This document shows, piece by piece, positions 10,320 to 19,886 of a stretch of DNA of 32,000 nucleotides (positions within the stretch are counted from its first letter, which is position 1; the number at the start of each line of letters is the position of its first letter). Made by a program: the position numbers and the translations under genes. The notes below the pieces were generated by a model. It was not told the DNA's origin. It ran no database searches and saw only the letters and a list, made by a program, of their open reading frames with translations. The stretch is from Thermus sp. LT1-2-5 (GTDB lineage Bacteria > Deinococcota > Deinococci > Deinococcales > Thermaceae), in assembly GCF_040363165.1 (NCBI RefSeq), contig NZ_BSRG01000008.1:36141-68140 (forward strand). The letters are read 5' to 3'.

Positions 10320-11227
10320 CCGAGCCGGGTGCCGGGGACGACCCCGTACCCCCGGGCCCAATCGGCAGCGGGCATGGGGCGCTTGCCCTCGGGCTGGACT
10401 TGGAGAAGGCGGATAAGCCCCTCCCCGGTGCCCACCAAGACCCCTTCCCGGTCCACCGCCTGGACCACCCCGGACTCCCCCTCCCCGGGTTCGGGCCGCA
10501 TGGCCAGGACCTTGACCCGCTTGCCCCGGTGGAAGAAGTAGGTTCCCGGCCAGGGCTGCACCCCCCGGTGGCGGTTGTAGATGGCCTGGGCGCTTTCCTC
10601 AAAGCGGATCCGCCCCTCCTCCTTGGTGAGGAGGGGGGCGTAGGAGGGCTCTCCCTCCTGGGGCATAGGGGTGAGGCGGGGAAGGTCTTGGAGCACCTCT
10701 AGGAGGAGCTCTATGCCCTTATCCCGAAGGCGCTTGGCCAGGGCCTCGGCATCCTCCTCGGGAGCGATTTCCGTGCGCCAAAGGGCGTAAAGGGGTCCGG
10801 TGTCTACCCCCTCCTCCGTCCTCATGATGGCCACCCCGGTTTCCTTCTCCCCCCGGATGAGGGCCCAGGGCACGGGGGCGGGCCCCCGGTACTTGGGAAG
10901 GAGGGAGGGGTGGAGGTTGAGGAAGCCGTAGGGGGGCACCTCGAGGACCTCCTTGGGCAGGATCTTGCCGTACGCGGCGGTGACCGCCACCTCAGGGGCC
11001 GCCTTCCGGAAGGCCTCGAGAAACTCCGGGTCCCTGAGCCGCTTTGGCTTCAAAAGGGGAAGCCCGTGGGCCAAGGCGTACTGGGCCACGGGGCTCGGGG
11101 CAGGCTTCAGGCCCCGCCCCTTGGGCTTGTCCGGCTGGGTCACCACCAAGACCACCTGGTGGTGGCGGTTTAGGGCGTCCAGCACGGGCACCGCCCACTC
11201 GGGGGTGCCGAAAAAGGCCACCCTCAT
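10316..11227 (-). CDS. fmt: Methionyl-tRNA formyltransferase
   Basis: 303 aa. The protein starts MRVAFFGTPEWAVPVL and contains LNLHPSLLPKYRGPAP (the formyltransferase motif). It is translationally coupled to def. Confidence 0.95.
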   Translation of the reverse strand: MRVAFFGTPEWAVPVLDALNRHHQVVLVVTQPDKPKGRGLKPAPSPVAQYALAHGLPLLKPKRLRDPEFLEAFRKAAPEVAVTAAYGKILPKEVLEVPPYGFLNLHPSLLPKYRGPAPVPWALIRGEKETGVAIMRTEEGVDTGPLYALWRTEIAPEEDAEALAKRLRDKGIELLLEVLQDLPRLTPMPQEGEPSYAPLLTKEEGRIRFEESAQAIYNRHRGVQPWPGTYFFHRGKRVKVLAMRPEPGEGESGVVQAVDREGVLVGTGEGLIRLLQVQPEGKRPMPAADWARGYGVVPGTRLG

Positions 11228-11799
11228 CGCCCGGAAAGCTCCTTGAGGAGCGCCCTGGCCTCCTTTTGCATGCGGGCCAGCTCCGCCCGGTTCGCCTCCA
11301 AGAAGGCCTCCCGCTTAGGCTTAGGCAGGCGCTCAAAGAAGAGGACGCCGTCCAGGTGATCCATCTCGTGTTGGAAGACCCGGGCCATGTACCCCTCCAG
11401 CTCCAGGGTGCGGGGGGTGCCCTCCTCGTCCTGGTAGGCCACGCGGATGCGCTCCGCCCGGGGAACCTCCTCGGAGTACAGGCCGGGAAGGGAAAGGCAG
11501 CCTTCCGTGCCCTCCACCTCCCCCTCCCGGTAGAGGAGGACGGGGTTGGCCACCACATAGACCCGGCGCACCAGGTCGCGAAGCGGCCGCTCTTCCTCCT
11601 CGGGCTCGTCGGCGTACTCCACGGCCACGAAAAGGCGCTCAGAAAGCCCTATCTGCGGGGCAGCGAGGCCCACCCCCCTGGCGTCAAACATGGTTTCCAG
11701 CATGTCCTCGGCCAGCCTTTTCACCCGGGAAAAATCCCGCACGGGCTGGGCCCGCTTGCGCAAGACCGGGTCGCCGTAGAGGCGGATAGGGTAGATCAT
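11224..11799 (-). CDS. def: Peptide deformylase
   Basis: 191 aa with the three PDF motifs GVGLAAPQIG, EGCLS and QHEMDHLDG. Confidence 0.96.
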   Translation of the reverse strand: MIYPIRLYGDPVLRKRAQPVRDFSRVKRLAEDMLETMFDARGVGLAAPQIGLSERLFVAVEYADEPEEEERPLRDLVRRVYVVANPVLLYREGEVEGTEGCLSLPGLYSEEVPRAERIRVAYQDEEGTPRTLELEGYMARVFQHEMDHLDGVLFFERLPKPKREAFLEANRAELARMQKEARALLKELSGR

Positions 11800-11804
11800 C
11801 CTAG

Positions 11805-12620
11805 CTATTGTAGCGCAACCCGTACCCTTCCCAAAACCTGGCCCACCGCCTGGACCCCAGGGGGAAGGTCGAGGAGCAGGGGGCCTTCCACCATCCCGGG
11901 GCGGAAGCCCCCTTGGGGCCTGGCCTCCACCTCCTTCAGGCCCTCCAGAGCCTCCCTGGGCCCCACCACCTGGACGGCCTTGGGGGCGTAGTCCTCCACC
12001 ACCATCCCCGCTGGCGGGCGGAAGACCAGGGGCACTTCCTTGCGGAAAAGGGGGGCCTCCCGGGCCACAAGGCGCACCTTCTTGGGCGTGAGCTCCACCC
12101 CCGGCAAGGGACCTTCTAGACCGAAGGCGGTGAGGGTAGCCTCCTCGTTCCCCAGGTCCAGCCCCAAGGCCACCACCGCCTGCTCCACCTGGCTCCGCGG
12201 GCCCCTGGCCTCCACGAAGGCGGGATCGGTGGTCACCCAGGCACCCTGGGAAAGAACCTCCACGGGCAAGGTGCGGCTTAAGACCGCCTCCACCCGCCCT
12301 TCCACCCGGGCGGGCCGCACCTCCAGGACCTCCACCCCCTGGGGCACCGCCACCCGCACCTCCCGGGCGAAGGCCCCCTCCACCTCGGAGAGGTCCAGGT
12401 AAGCGGAGACGGGGGGCGTGCCCTCCACCAAGGGGGCCGGCCCCCGGAGGCGCAGGAGGACCTCCTTAGGGACACCCTCCGCCACCTTCTCCCCTTCCAG
12501 GCCCAAAACCCGCAAGGGCACGCTCACCGCCCGCTCCACCACCGGGGCCCTTTCCCTCAGGGAGTACCAGAGGGCTAGGGCCGCCAAAAGGGCCAGGAGG
12601 AAGCCGCCCCAGTCACGCAC
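11805..12620 (-). CDS. cdaR: YbbR-domain protein (CdaR-like regulator of diadenylate cyclase)
   Basis: 271 aa with an N-terminal TM anchor followed by repeated beta-rich YbbR-like segments. It lies immediately downstream of cdaA and overlaps it by 8 nt, which is the conserved cdaA-cdaR arrangement. Confidence 0.75.
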   Translation of the reverse strand: MRDWGGFLLALLAALALWYSLRERAPVVERAVSVPLRVLGLEGEKVAEGVPKEVLLRLRGPAPLVEGTPPVSAYLDLSEVEGAFAREVRVAVPQGVEVLEVRPARVEGRVEAVLSRTLPVEVLSQGAWVTTDPAFVEARGPRSQVEQAVVALGLDLGNEEATLTAFGLEGPLPGVELTPKKVRLVAREAPLFRKEVPLVFRPPAGMVVEDYAPKAVQVVGPREALEGLKEVEARPQGGFRPGMVEGPLLLDLPPGVQAVGQVLGRVRVALQ

Positions 12621-13326
12621 GGACCGCCTCCTTCAAGCGCTCCCGCAGGGCCTCGAGGGCCAACGGGGGGGATAGCCTTCCCCCCTCGGCCAGCCGGATG
12701 GCCCCCGTTTCCTCGCTCACCACCAGGACCAAGGCGTCGGAAACCTCGGAAAGCCCCAAAGCGGCCCGGTGCCGGGTGCCCAGGCCCAGCCGGGCCTCGG
12801 AAAGGGGGAAGATGCACCCTGCGGCGAAGACCCGGTCCCCCCGGAGGATGGCCCCCCCGTCGTGCAGGGGGGTGCCGGGGTAGAAGAGGGTTTCCAGAAG
12901 CCTGGCGGTAAGCCTCGCCTCCAGCACCTCCCCCGTGGCGGCGTACTCCCCCAAGGGGGTGCGCCGCTCTATGGCGATCAGGGCCCCGTAGCGCCGCTCG
13001 GAAAGGCGGGCAAGGCCTAGGAGGAGCTCCTCCAAGGCCAAGGAGGCGGCCCGGGGGCCCTGCGTCCGGCCTAGCCGCTCCAAAAGCCCCCTGAGCTCCG
13101 GCTGGAAGACCACGACGAGGGCGAAGGCCCCTAAGGTGGCGGCGTTGCCCAAAAGCCAGGACAAGGTGGAAAGCCCAAGGAGGCTAGCCAAGAACCAGAC
13201 CAGGAGGTAGACCAAAACCCCCCGCACCAGATTTAGGGCCCGGGTGCCAGCGATGAGCCGCCAAAGGTAGTAAAAGAGCACAGCCACCAGGAGGATGTCC
13301 AAGAGGTCGCGCCAGGTGAAGGGCAT
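12613..13326 (-). CDS. cdaA: Diadenylate cyclase CdaA (c-di-AMP synthase), membrane anchored
   Basis: It has three N-terminal TM helices and a DAC domain with the motifs GALIAIER, LHDGGAI, GTRHRAA and VVSEETG. I place the start at the ATG at 13326 (MPFTWRDLLDILL), 2 nt after the deoB stop. The track's 41-codon Gly/Pro-rich extension overlaps deoB. Confidence 0.92.
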   Translation of the reverse strand: MPFTWRDLLDILLVAVLFYYLWRLIAGTRALNLVRGVLVYLLVWFLASLLGLSTLSWLLGNAATLGAFALVVVFQPELRGLLERLGRTQGPRAASLALEELLLGLARLSERRYGALIAIERRTPLGEYAATGEVLEARLTARLLETLFYPGTPLHDGGAILRGDRVFAAGCIFPLSEARLGLGTRHRAALGLSEVSDALVLVVSEETGAIRLAEGGRLSPPLALEALRERLKEAVRA

Positions 13327-13328
13327 GG

Positions 13329-14474
13329 CTAGCGGATGGGCGTCCCCGGGCCCTCCCAGGGAAGGCCAAAGAGCCTGGCCCAGGTGGCCCCGAGGTCGGC
13401 AAAGGTGTCCCGGGTGCCCAGGTCCCCCTCCACCCCCGGCCCCACCCAAAGAAGCATCCCATATTCCCGGGTGTGGTCGGTGCCGAAGAAGGTGGGGTCG
13501 TTTCCATGGTCGGAAACCAGGAAAAGGTGGTCCTCAGGGCCCAAGGCAGCGAGGAGCTGGGGAAGAAAGCGGTCCACCTGGACTAAGGCCTCGCCGTAGC
13601 CCAAGGGGTCACGGCGGTGGCCGTACTTGCTGTCAAAGTCCACTAGGTTGACCAAGAGGAGGCCAGAAAAGGGCTCCTGCATGAGGGCCAAGGTCTTTTT
13701 CAGGCCGTCGGTGTTGTCCTTGGTCTTCACCTCCCGGGTGAAGCCCCGGTGGGCGTAGATGTCGGGGATCTTCCCCACCCCCACCACCTCGAGGCCCCCC
13801 TCCTTCAGCACGTCCAGCACGTTCCTGGGCGGCTCCAGGGCGAAGTCCTTGCGGTGCTCCTCCAGGCGGTAAAAGTTCCCCGGGCTTCCGGCGAAGGGCC
13901 GGGCGATGACCCGGGCCACCTGGTACTCGCCCACAAGCATCTCCCGGGCCACCTGGCAAAAGCGGTAGAGCTCCTCCAGGGGCACCACCTCCACGTGGGC
14001 CGCCACCTGGAAGACGGAGTCCGCCGAGGTGTAGACGATGGGGTAGCCCGTCTTGAGGTGGGCCTCGCCGTAGTGGCGGATGGCCTCGGTGCCGGAGTAG
14101 GGCCGGTTCAACAGCCAGCCCCGAACCCCAATCCGCTCGGCCCAGGCGCGCAGGAGCTCCTCGGGAAAGCCCTCGGGAAAGGTGCGGAAAGGCCTTTCCA
14201 GGTAGACGCCCACGAACTCCCAGTGCCCCGTGGTGGTGTCCTTGCCCGGGTTCACCTCCCGCATACGGCCAAACCCCCCCTGGGGGGAGGAAGGCCGCTC
14301 CAAGGTATGCACCCCCGGCACAAGGCCCAAGCCCAAGGCGGCGAAGTGGGGAAGGGCGATCCCCGCCTTCAACACCGTGTGGTCCAGGGTGTCCGCCCCC
14401 TCGTCCCCGAAGCTGGGGGCATCGGGGAGGTAGCCGAGCCCCACGGAGTCCAGGACAATGGCCGTGACCTTCAT
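13329..14474 (-). CDS. deoB: Phosphopentomutase
   Basis: 381 aa. The N-terminus [19 protein letters not shown] ... GADTLDH and the C-terminal SDHGNDPT metal-binding motif are typical of DeoB. Confidence 0.93.
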   Translation of the reverse strand: MKVTAIVLDSVGLGYLPDAPSFGDEGADTLDHTVLKAGIALPHFAALGLGLVPGVHTLERPSSPQGGFGRMREVNPGKDTTTGHWEFVGVYLERPFRTFPEGFPEELLRAWAERIGVRGWLLNRPYSGTEAIRHYGEAHLKTGYPIVYTSADSVFQVAAHVEVVPLEELYRFCQVAREMLVGEYQVARVIARPFAGSPGNFYRLEEHRKDFALEPPRNVLDVLKEGGLEVVGVGKIPDIYAHRGFTREVKTKDNTDGLKKTLALMQEPFSGLLLVNLVDFDSKYGHRRDPLGYGEALVQVDRFLPQLLAALGPEDHLFLVSDHGNDPTFFGTDHTREYGMLLWVGPGVEGDLGTRDTFADLGATWARLFGLPWEGPGTPIR

Positions 14475-14725
14475 CAGGAACGAAGCCCCTCTTCGTCCTC
14501 CTCCTCCGCCAAGGCCATGAGCTCCTCCGGGGTCATCTCGGAAAGGGCCCGCACCGCCTGGAACTCCTCCAATAGACCCCGGATCTCCTCCATGGCCTCC
14601 TCCAGGGAGAGCTCCCCGTCCTTGTACTCGTCCACCACCTCTTCGATGGCCTCGAGGATCCCCACCGCCGCGCTCGCCTGGGAAAGGGCCTGGGCCATCT
14701 CGGAAAGCCTTTCCGCTAGGTCCAT
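14474..14725 (-). CDS. Small highly acidic hypothetical protein (83 aa)
   Basis: The ORF sits between zapE and deoB. Its TGA shares one nucleotide with the deoB ATG. By my count about 25 of its 83 residues are Glu or Asp, and it is predicted helical. I recognise no family. Confidence 0.6.
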   Translation of the reverse strand: MDLAERLSEMAQALSQASAAVGILEAIEEVVDEYKDGELSLEEAMEEIRGLLEEFQAVRALSEMTPEELMALAEEEDEEGLRS

Positions 14726-14734
14726 GCCCCCATG

Positions 14735-15715
14735 CTACCCCAAAAGCTCGGCGAGCCGCGAGAGGGCCCGGCCGTACTTCTTGGCGAAGGGCCCGTGGCG
14801 GTAGCTTTCCGGGAAGACCTCCTTAAGGGGTACCCCGGAAACGCGCAGGGCCAGGCCCAGGTTGTAGAGCTGGTCCACGAAGTGCACGAAGCGCAGGGCG
14901 TCGTTCTGGTCGGGTATGGGGGCGAGGCCCTGAAGGTAGACCGCCTCCAAACCCTCAAAGAGGTAGCGGTAGCGGATGGGGTGCAGGGCGCGGAGGTGGG
15001 CGAGGAGCCCGGGGAAGGGGTCCAGGCTTTTGGGCCTGGGGTCTTCCCGGTAAAGGGCCAAAAGGGCTGCATCGCCCAAGGGCTCGGGGAGGCGCTCGGG
15101 GTCGCGGTGGCGAAAGTCCTCCCCCTCTATGCGCTCCACGGCGAAGCGCTTGGCCAGGCTTTGGATCTGGTGCTTGAACTGCTCGGCGTTGAAGCGGCCC
15201 TCCCCTAAGGCCCCCGGGGGGGTGTTGGAGGTGGTGGCCACCCTCAAGCCCTGGTCCATGGTGAGGGCCAGGAAGTGGGTGGCCATCTGGGCGTTCCCCG
15301 GGTCGTCCAGCTCAAACTCGTCCAGGAAAAGGTAGCGAAGTTCGGCGAACCGCCTCGCCCCTTCCCTAAGCCCCATGAGGCCCAGGGTGTAGGTGAGCTC
15401 CTCAAAGGTGAGGAAGGCCTTGGGCGGGGGGGCCTCCAGGTAGGCCGCCACCAGGAGGTGGGTCTTCCCCACCCCAAACCCCCCGTCCAGGTAGATCCCC
15501 TGGGGCCCCGGCATCCGGGGCCGGAACAGGCCCTTGGGCCGGTCATGCACCCATCTTCGCAGCCTTTCCTTGGCCAAGGCCTGGGAAGGATAGCGGGGGT
15601 CGGGCCGGTAGGCGGCAAAGGTGGCCTTCCGGAAGCGGGGCGGGGGCACGAAGCTCGCCAAGAGCCTTTCCAGGTCCACCTCGGGATGGCGGTCCACCAG
15701 GCGCATATAGGGCAT
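14735..15715 (-). CDS. zapE: AFG1/ZapE-family ATPase
   Basis: 326 aa. It has the Walker A motif [11 protein letters not shown] and the Walker B motif [10 protein letters not shown], with the overall AFG1-like layout. Confidence 0.85.
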   Translation of the reverse strand: MPYMRLVDRHPEVDLERLLASFVPPPRFRKATFAAYRPDPRYPSQALAKERLRRWVHDRPKGLFRPRMPGPQGIYLDGGFGVGKTHLLVAAYLEAPPPKAFLTFEELTYTLGLMGLREGARRFAELRYLFLDEFELDDPGNAQMATHFLALTMDQGLRVATTSNTPPGALGEGRFNAEQFKHQIQSLAKRFAVERIEGEDFRHRDPERLPEPLGDAALLALYREDPRPKSLDPFPGLLAHLRALHPIRYRYLFEGLEAVYLQGLAPIPDQNDALRFVHFVDQLYNLGLALRVSGVPLKEVFPESYRHGPFAKKYGRALSRLAELLG

Positions 15716-15763
15716 TCTACGGGGGGTGGTCCTGGGGCGTTCCCTCTGCTACCCTAGAGGGGT

Positions 15764-16021
15764 ATGGTGCGGCTTTACGGCGTCCCGGGGTGCGGCCCCT
15801 GTGAAATCGTGAAGATGTTCCTGGCGCAAAAGGGCGTGCCCTTCAGCTTCGTCAACGCCCGCGAGGACCAGGAGGCGGCGAAAAAGGTGGCGGAGCTCGC
15901 CGGGAGCCCCACCGCCGGGGTGGTCCTGGAGTGGAACGGCAAGACCGAGGTCATCCGCGGAGTATCCCCCGCCGCCCTGAACGCCTGGTACGCCCGCTAC
16001 CGGGAAGAAAAGGCCTCCTGA
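15764..16021 (+). CDS. Glutaredoxin-like (NrdH/YruB-type) small redox protein
   Basis: 85 aa. It begins MVRLYGVPGCGPCEIVK, which carries a CxxC motif in a thioredoxin-fold context. Confidence 0.8.
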   Translation: MVRLYGVPGCGPCEIVKMFLAQKGVPFSFVNAREDQEAAKKVAELAGSPTAGVVLEWNGKTEVIRGVSPAALNAWYARYREEKAS

Positions 16022-16506
16022 AGCGCTTTTAGGTGGTGGGCCTCGTGATAGGCGGCGGCCCGCACCCAGCCCAAGGCGGTGAGCTCCCCAAAGAAGGGGT
16101 GGGGGAAGGTGGCGGGGTGGTGGGGATTGGCCTTCCCGGCCTCCTCCAGGAGAAAGGCCCGGGCCCTTTCCAAAAGGGCAAGCACCTCTTCCTGGGAAAG
16201 CCCCCCTTGGGGCCTCACCCCCTCGGGGGCCTGGGGCTTGCCGTCCTTGTACTCCCCGGGCTTCACGGAAACGGGCGGGAGGACTTCCCCTGCCGCCACC
16301 CGCCGCAGCCGCCTTAGAACCCGGGCGGTGGACTCCTCCACCAAGGCGATGTGCTCCGCCACCATAAGGGGCGTCCAGGCCCCTTCCCGCAAGGGGCGGG
16401 CAAGCCAATCGGGCTCGGCCCCCTGCAAAAGGGCAAGGAGGGCTTTTCGGCTTTCCCCAAGGCGCGAAAGGGCCTCTTCCCAAGTGCCGTAGGCGTCCAG
16501 TTCCAT
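15997..16506 (-). CDS. DinB-family (DinB_2) metal-dependent protein
   Basis: 169 aa. It has the conserved His pattern of the DinB four-helix bundle (AEHIALVEES ... YHEAHHLKAL). It converges on the grx-like gene with a 25-nt overlap. Confidence 0.75.
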   Translation of the reverse strand: MELDAYGTWEEALSRLGESRKALLALLQGAEPDWLARPLREGAWTPLMVAEHIALVEESTARVLRRLRRVAAGEVLPPVSVKPGEYKDGKPQAPEGVRPQGGLSQEEVLALLERARAFLLEEAGKANPHHPATFPHPFFGELTALGWVRAAAYHEAHHLKALQEAFSSR

Positions 16507-16666
16507 ACCTCAGGATACCAGGGCGCTCCTCCGCCTGGGGGCGGCCCCAGCTTGAAGACCTCCCCTTCCCTAGGCTCGAGGCGAACGTATGCCAGGCCCT
16601 TTGGGAGGAGCGGGAAAAGCGTGGGGTTCGTAGCCGCCCAAAAGGGTTTTCCTGCCCTGCGAGGGG

Positions 16667-16672
16667 TATAAT
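16667..16672 (+). promoter_or_regulatory. Consensus -10 (TATAAT) 6 nt upstream of the fabI ATG, suggesting a leaderless fabI mRNA
   Basis: The sequence reads gaggggTATAATccccccATG. There is no Shine-Dalgarno sequence between the -10 and the ATG. Confidence 0.5.
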
Positions 16673-16678
16673 CCCCCC

Positions 16679-17461
16679 ATGCTCACCCTGGACCTGTCCG
16701 GCAAGAAGGCCCTGGTCATGGGGGTCACCAACCAGCGGAGCCTGGGCTTCGCCATCGCCGAAAAGCTAGCGCAAGCGGGAGCCGAGGTGGCCCTAAGCTA
16801 CCAAGGGGAAAGGATCCGCCCCGAGGCGGAAAAGCTGGCCGAGGCCCTGGGGGGCGCCCTCCTCTTCCAGGCGGACGTGACCCAAGACGCCGAGCTGGAC
16901 GCCCTTTTCGCCGGCCTGAAAGAGGCCTGGGGAAGCCTGGACTACCTGGTCCACGCCATCGCCTTCGCCCCCCGGGAAGCCATGGAGGGGAGGTACCTGG
17001 ACACCCGGCGGCAGGACTGGCTTTTGGCCCTGGAGGTTTCCGCCTACTCCCTGGTGGCGGTGGCCCAGCGGGCCGAAGCCCTGCTCAACCCCGGGGGCAG
17101 CATCGTCACCCTCACCTACTACGCCAGCGAGAAGGTGGTGCCCAAGTACAACGTCATGGCCATCGCCAAGGCTGCCTTGGAGGCGAGCGTCCGCTACCTG
17201 GCCTATGAGCTCGGGCCCAAGGGGGTGCGGGTGAACGCCATCTCCGCTGGCCCCGTGCGCACCGTGGCCGCAAGGAGCATCCCCGGCTTCACCAAGATGT
17301 ACGACCGGGTGGCCCAGACCGCCCCCCTCAAGCGCAACGTCACCCAGGAGGAGGTGGGCAACCTAGGCCTCTTCCTCCTCTCCCCCTTGGGAAGCGGCAT
17401 CACCGGGGAGGTCATCTACGTGGACGCGGGGTACCACATCATGGGGATGGAGCTGGAGTAG
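16679..17461 (+). CDS. fabI: Enoyl-[acyl-carrier-protein] reductase (NADH)
   Basis: 260 aa. It contains [20 protein letters not shown] and the FabI-type SDR catalytic pattern [10 protein letters not shown]. Confidence 0.95.
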   Translation: MLTLDLSGKKALVMGVTNQRSLGFAIAEKLAQAGAEVALSYQGERIRPEAEKLAEALGGALLFQADVTQDAELDALFAGLKEAWGSLDYLVHAIAFAPREAMEGRYLDTRRQDWLLALEVSAYSLVAVAQRAEALLNPGGSIVTLTYYASEKVVPKYNVMAIAKAALEASVRYLAYELGPKGVRVNAISAGPVRTVAARSIPGFTKMYDRVAQTAPLKRNVTQEEVGNLGLFLLSPLGSGITGEVIYVDAGYHIMGMELE

Positions 17462-17496
17462 GGCGCACCTCTTTTTTCTCCCCCACTTCCGCTAGC

Positions 17497-18720
17497 ATGG
17501 AGGGGATGAGACGGCCCACGCCCACGGTCTGGGTAGGGCGGGTGCCTGTGGGAAGCGCCCACCCCATCGCCGTGCAGTCCATGACCAACACCCCCACCGC
17601 CGACATAGAGGCCACCTTTCGCCAGGTGGCGGAGCTCTACCGGGCGGGAAGCGAGATCGTTCGCCTTACGGTGAACGACGAGGCAGCGGCCCAGGCGGTG
17701 CCCAAGATCAAGGAAAGGCTCCTTGGGGAGGGGATAGACGTCCCCTTGGTGGGGGATTTCCACTTCAACGGCCACCTCCTTCTGCGGAAGTACCCCAAAA
17801 TGGCGGAAGCCCTGGACAAGTTCCGCATCAACCCGGGCACCCTAGGCCGGGGCCGCCACAAGGACCTCCACTTCGCCGAGATGGTGCAGATGGCCCTGGA
17901 CCTGGGCAAGCCCATCCGCATCGGGGCCAACTGGGGTAGCCTGGACCCTGCCCTCCTCACCGAGCTCATGGACCGAAACGCCAAGCGCCCGGAGCCCAAA
18001 AGCGCCCACGAGGTGGTCCTCGAGGCCCTGGTGGAAAGCGCCGTCCGCTCCTACGAGGCGGCCCGGGAGCTGGGCCTGGGGGAGGACAAGATCGTCCTTT
18101 CCGCCAAGGTGTCCAAGGCCCCCGACCTGGTCTGGGTCTACCGGGAGCTGGCCCGGCGCACCCCAGCCCCCCTCCACCTGGGCCTCACCGAGGCGGGGAT
18201 GGGGGTGAAGGGGATCGTGGCCTCCGCCGCCGCCTTGGCCCCCCTCCTTTTGGAGGGGATTGGGGACACCCTCCGCGTCTCCCTCACCCCCGCCCCCGGC
18301 GAACCCCGCACCAAGGAGGTGGAGGTGGCCCAGGAGATCCTCCAGGCCCTGGGCCTCAGGACCTTCGCCCCCGAGGTGGCGAGCTGCCCCGGGTGCGGCC
18401 GCACCACCAGTACCCGCTTCCAGGAGCTTGCGGAAGAGGTTTCCCGCCACCTCAAGGAGAAGCTCCCCGAATGGAGGAAGCGCTACCCCGGGGTGGAAGG
18501 GCTCAAGGTGGCGGTGATGGGCTGCGTGGTGAACGGCCCCGGGGAGAGCAAGCACGCCCACATCGGCATCTCCCTCCCAGGGGCGGGGGAAGAACCCAAG
18601 GCCCCCGTCTACGCCGATGGCAGGCTCCTCACCATCCTCAAAGGGGACAACCTGGCGGAGGAGTTCCTAAAGCTTCTGGAAGCCTACGTGAAGGAGCGCT
18701 TCGCCCCCCAGGCCGGATGA
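17497..18720 (+). CDS. ispG: 4-hydroxy-3-methylbut-2-en-1-yl diphosphate synthase
   Basis: 407 aa. It starts [11 protein letters not shown] and is close to the T. thermophilus GcpE sequence I remember. The [4Fe-4S] cysteines are present (SCPGCGRT ... [10 protein letters not shown]). Confidence 0.96.
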   Translation: MEGMRRPTPTVWVGRVPVGSAHPIAVQSMTNTPTADIEATFRQVAELYRAGSEIVRLTVNDEAAAQAVPKIKERLLGEGIDVPLVGDFHFNGHLLLRKYPKMAEALDKFRINPGTLGRGRHKDLHFAEMVQMALDLGKPIRIGANWGSLDPALLTELMDRNAKRPEPKSAHEVVLEALVESAVRSYEAARELGLGEDKIVLSAKVSKAPDLVWVYRELARRTPAPLHLGLTEAGMGVKGIVASAAALAPLLLEGIGDTLRVSLTPAPGEPRTKEVEVAQEILQALGLRTFAPEVASCPGCGRTTSTRFQELAEEVSRHLKEKLPEWRKRYPGVEGLKVAVMGCVVNGPGESKHAHIGISLPGAGEEPKAPVYADGRLLTILKGDNLAEEFLKLLEAYVKERFAPQAG

Positions 18721-19874
18721 AGCCCTTCGCCTTCCGCATAGAAGCCCAAAGCGGCCGAGCCCGGGTGGGCCGCTTCTACACCCCCCACGGGGCAGTGGAA
18801 ACCCCCCTTTTCATGCCCGTGGGCACCCAAGGTTCGGTGAAAGGCCTGCTACCCCGGGACCTAAAGGAGATCGGTAGCCAAATCCTCCTGGCCAACACCT
18901 ACCACCTCCTTCTGCGCCCGGGGCCGGAGCGGGTGAGGGCCCTCGGAGGGCTTCACGGCTTCGCCGGGTGGCAAGGGCCCTGGCTCACGGACTCCGGGGG
19001 GTTCCAGGTGATGAGCCTGGGGCACCTCCGGCGCATAGACGAGGAAGGGGTGGTCTTCCAAAACCACCTGGACGGGAGCCTCGTCCGGCTCACCCCGGAA
19101 AGGAGCATCGCCGTGCAGGAGGCCCTGGGGGCGGACATCGTCATGGCCTTTGACGAGTGCCCCCCCTACCCCGCAAGCCGGGCCTACCTAAAGGCTTCCT
19201 TAGAGCGCACCCTGCGCTGGCTGGAGCGCTCTCTAAGGGCCAAGACCCGCCAGGACCAAGCCCTCTTCGGCATCGCCCAAGGGGGGACGGACCCCGAGCT
19301 AAGGCGGCTTTCCACGGAGGAAACCCTCCGCTTCGACCTACCCGGCTACGCCATCGGGGGGCTGGCGGTGGGGGAGCCCAAGGAGGCCATGTTCGCCATG
19401 GTGGCCCTTTCCACCGAGCTCCTCCCCGAGGACCGCCCCCGTTACCTCATGGGGGTGGGCCACCCGGAAGACCTGGTGGCGGCCATAGGGCTTGGGGTGG
19501 ACCTTTTCGATTGCGTCTACCCCACGCGCACGGGCCGCTTCGGAAGCGCCCTGGTGCCCGAAGGCCGCCTCAACCTGAAAAACGCCCGCTTCCTGGAGGA
19601 AAAGGGTCCCCTGGAGGAAGGGTGCGACTGCTACACCTGCCAGAACTTCAGCCGGGGCTACCTGGCCCACCTGGTGCGGGCTGGAGAGATGCTGGGGGGG
19701 ATCCTCCTTTCCCTACACAACCTGCGCTACCTCCACCGCCTTACCGAGGGCGCACGGGAGGCCATCCGGCAAGGGTCCTACGGGGCCTTCGCCCGCGCCT
19801 TCGCCGAGCGGCGCTTCGGCCGGGAGGTGCCCCTTTGGTTCCGGGAGGCCCTGGTGGCGGGGGGGCATTGGTAG
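18717..19874 (+). CDS. tgt: Queuine tRNA-ribosyltransferase (tRNA-guanine transglycosylase)
   Basis: The start ATG at 18717 overlaps the ispG stop (ATGA). The protein begins [37 protein letters not shown]. It contains the LTDSGGFQ active site and the zinc site CDCYTC...H. The longer track ORF from 18393 is a frame-overlap artefact. Confidence 0.95.
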   Translation: MKPFAFRIEAQSGRARVGRFYTPHGAVETPLFMPVGTQGSVKGLLPRDLKEIGSQILLANTYHLLLRPGPERVRALGGLHGFAGWQGPWLTDSGGFQVMSLGHLRRIDEEGVVFQNHLDGSLVRLTPERSIAVQEALGADIVMAFDECPPYPASRAYLKASLERTLRWLERSLRAKTRQDQALFGIAQGGTDPELRRLSTEETLRFDLPGYAIGGLAVGEPKEAMFAMVALSTELLPEDRPRYLMGVGHPEDLVAAIGLGVDLFDCVYPTRTGRFGSALVPEGRLNLKNARFLEEKGPLEEGCDCYTCQNFSRGYLAHLVRAGEMLGGILLSLHNLRYLHRLTEGAREAIRQGSYGAFARAFAERRFGREVPLWFREALVAGGHW

Positions 19875-19886
19875 AATGCCCTTGGT

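Noticed and set aside
9857-11991. Long plus-strand ORFs 9857-10702 (281 aa) and 11044-11991 (315 aa)
   Set aside because: They overlap the well-supported membrane-protein, fmt and def genes in other frames or on the other strand. Their content is Pro/Gly/Arg-rich junk.
13749-14804. 351-aa plus-strand ORF antisense to deoB and the acidic small ORF
   Set aside because: deoB motifs on the minus strand are unambiguous. This ORF is a shadow frame.
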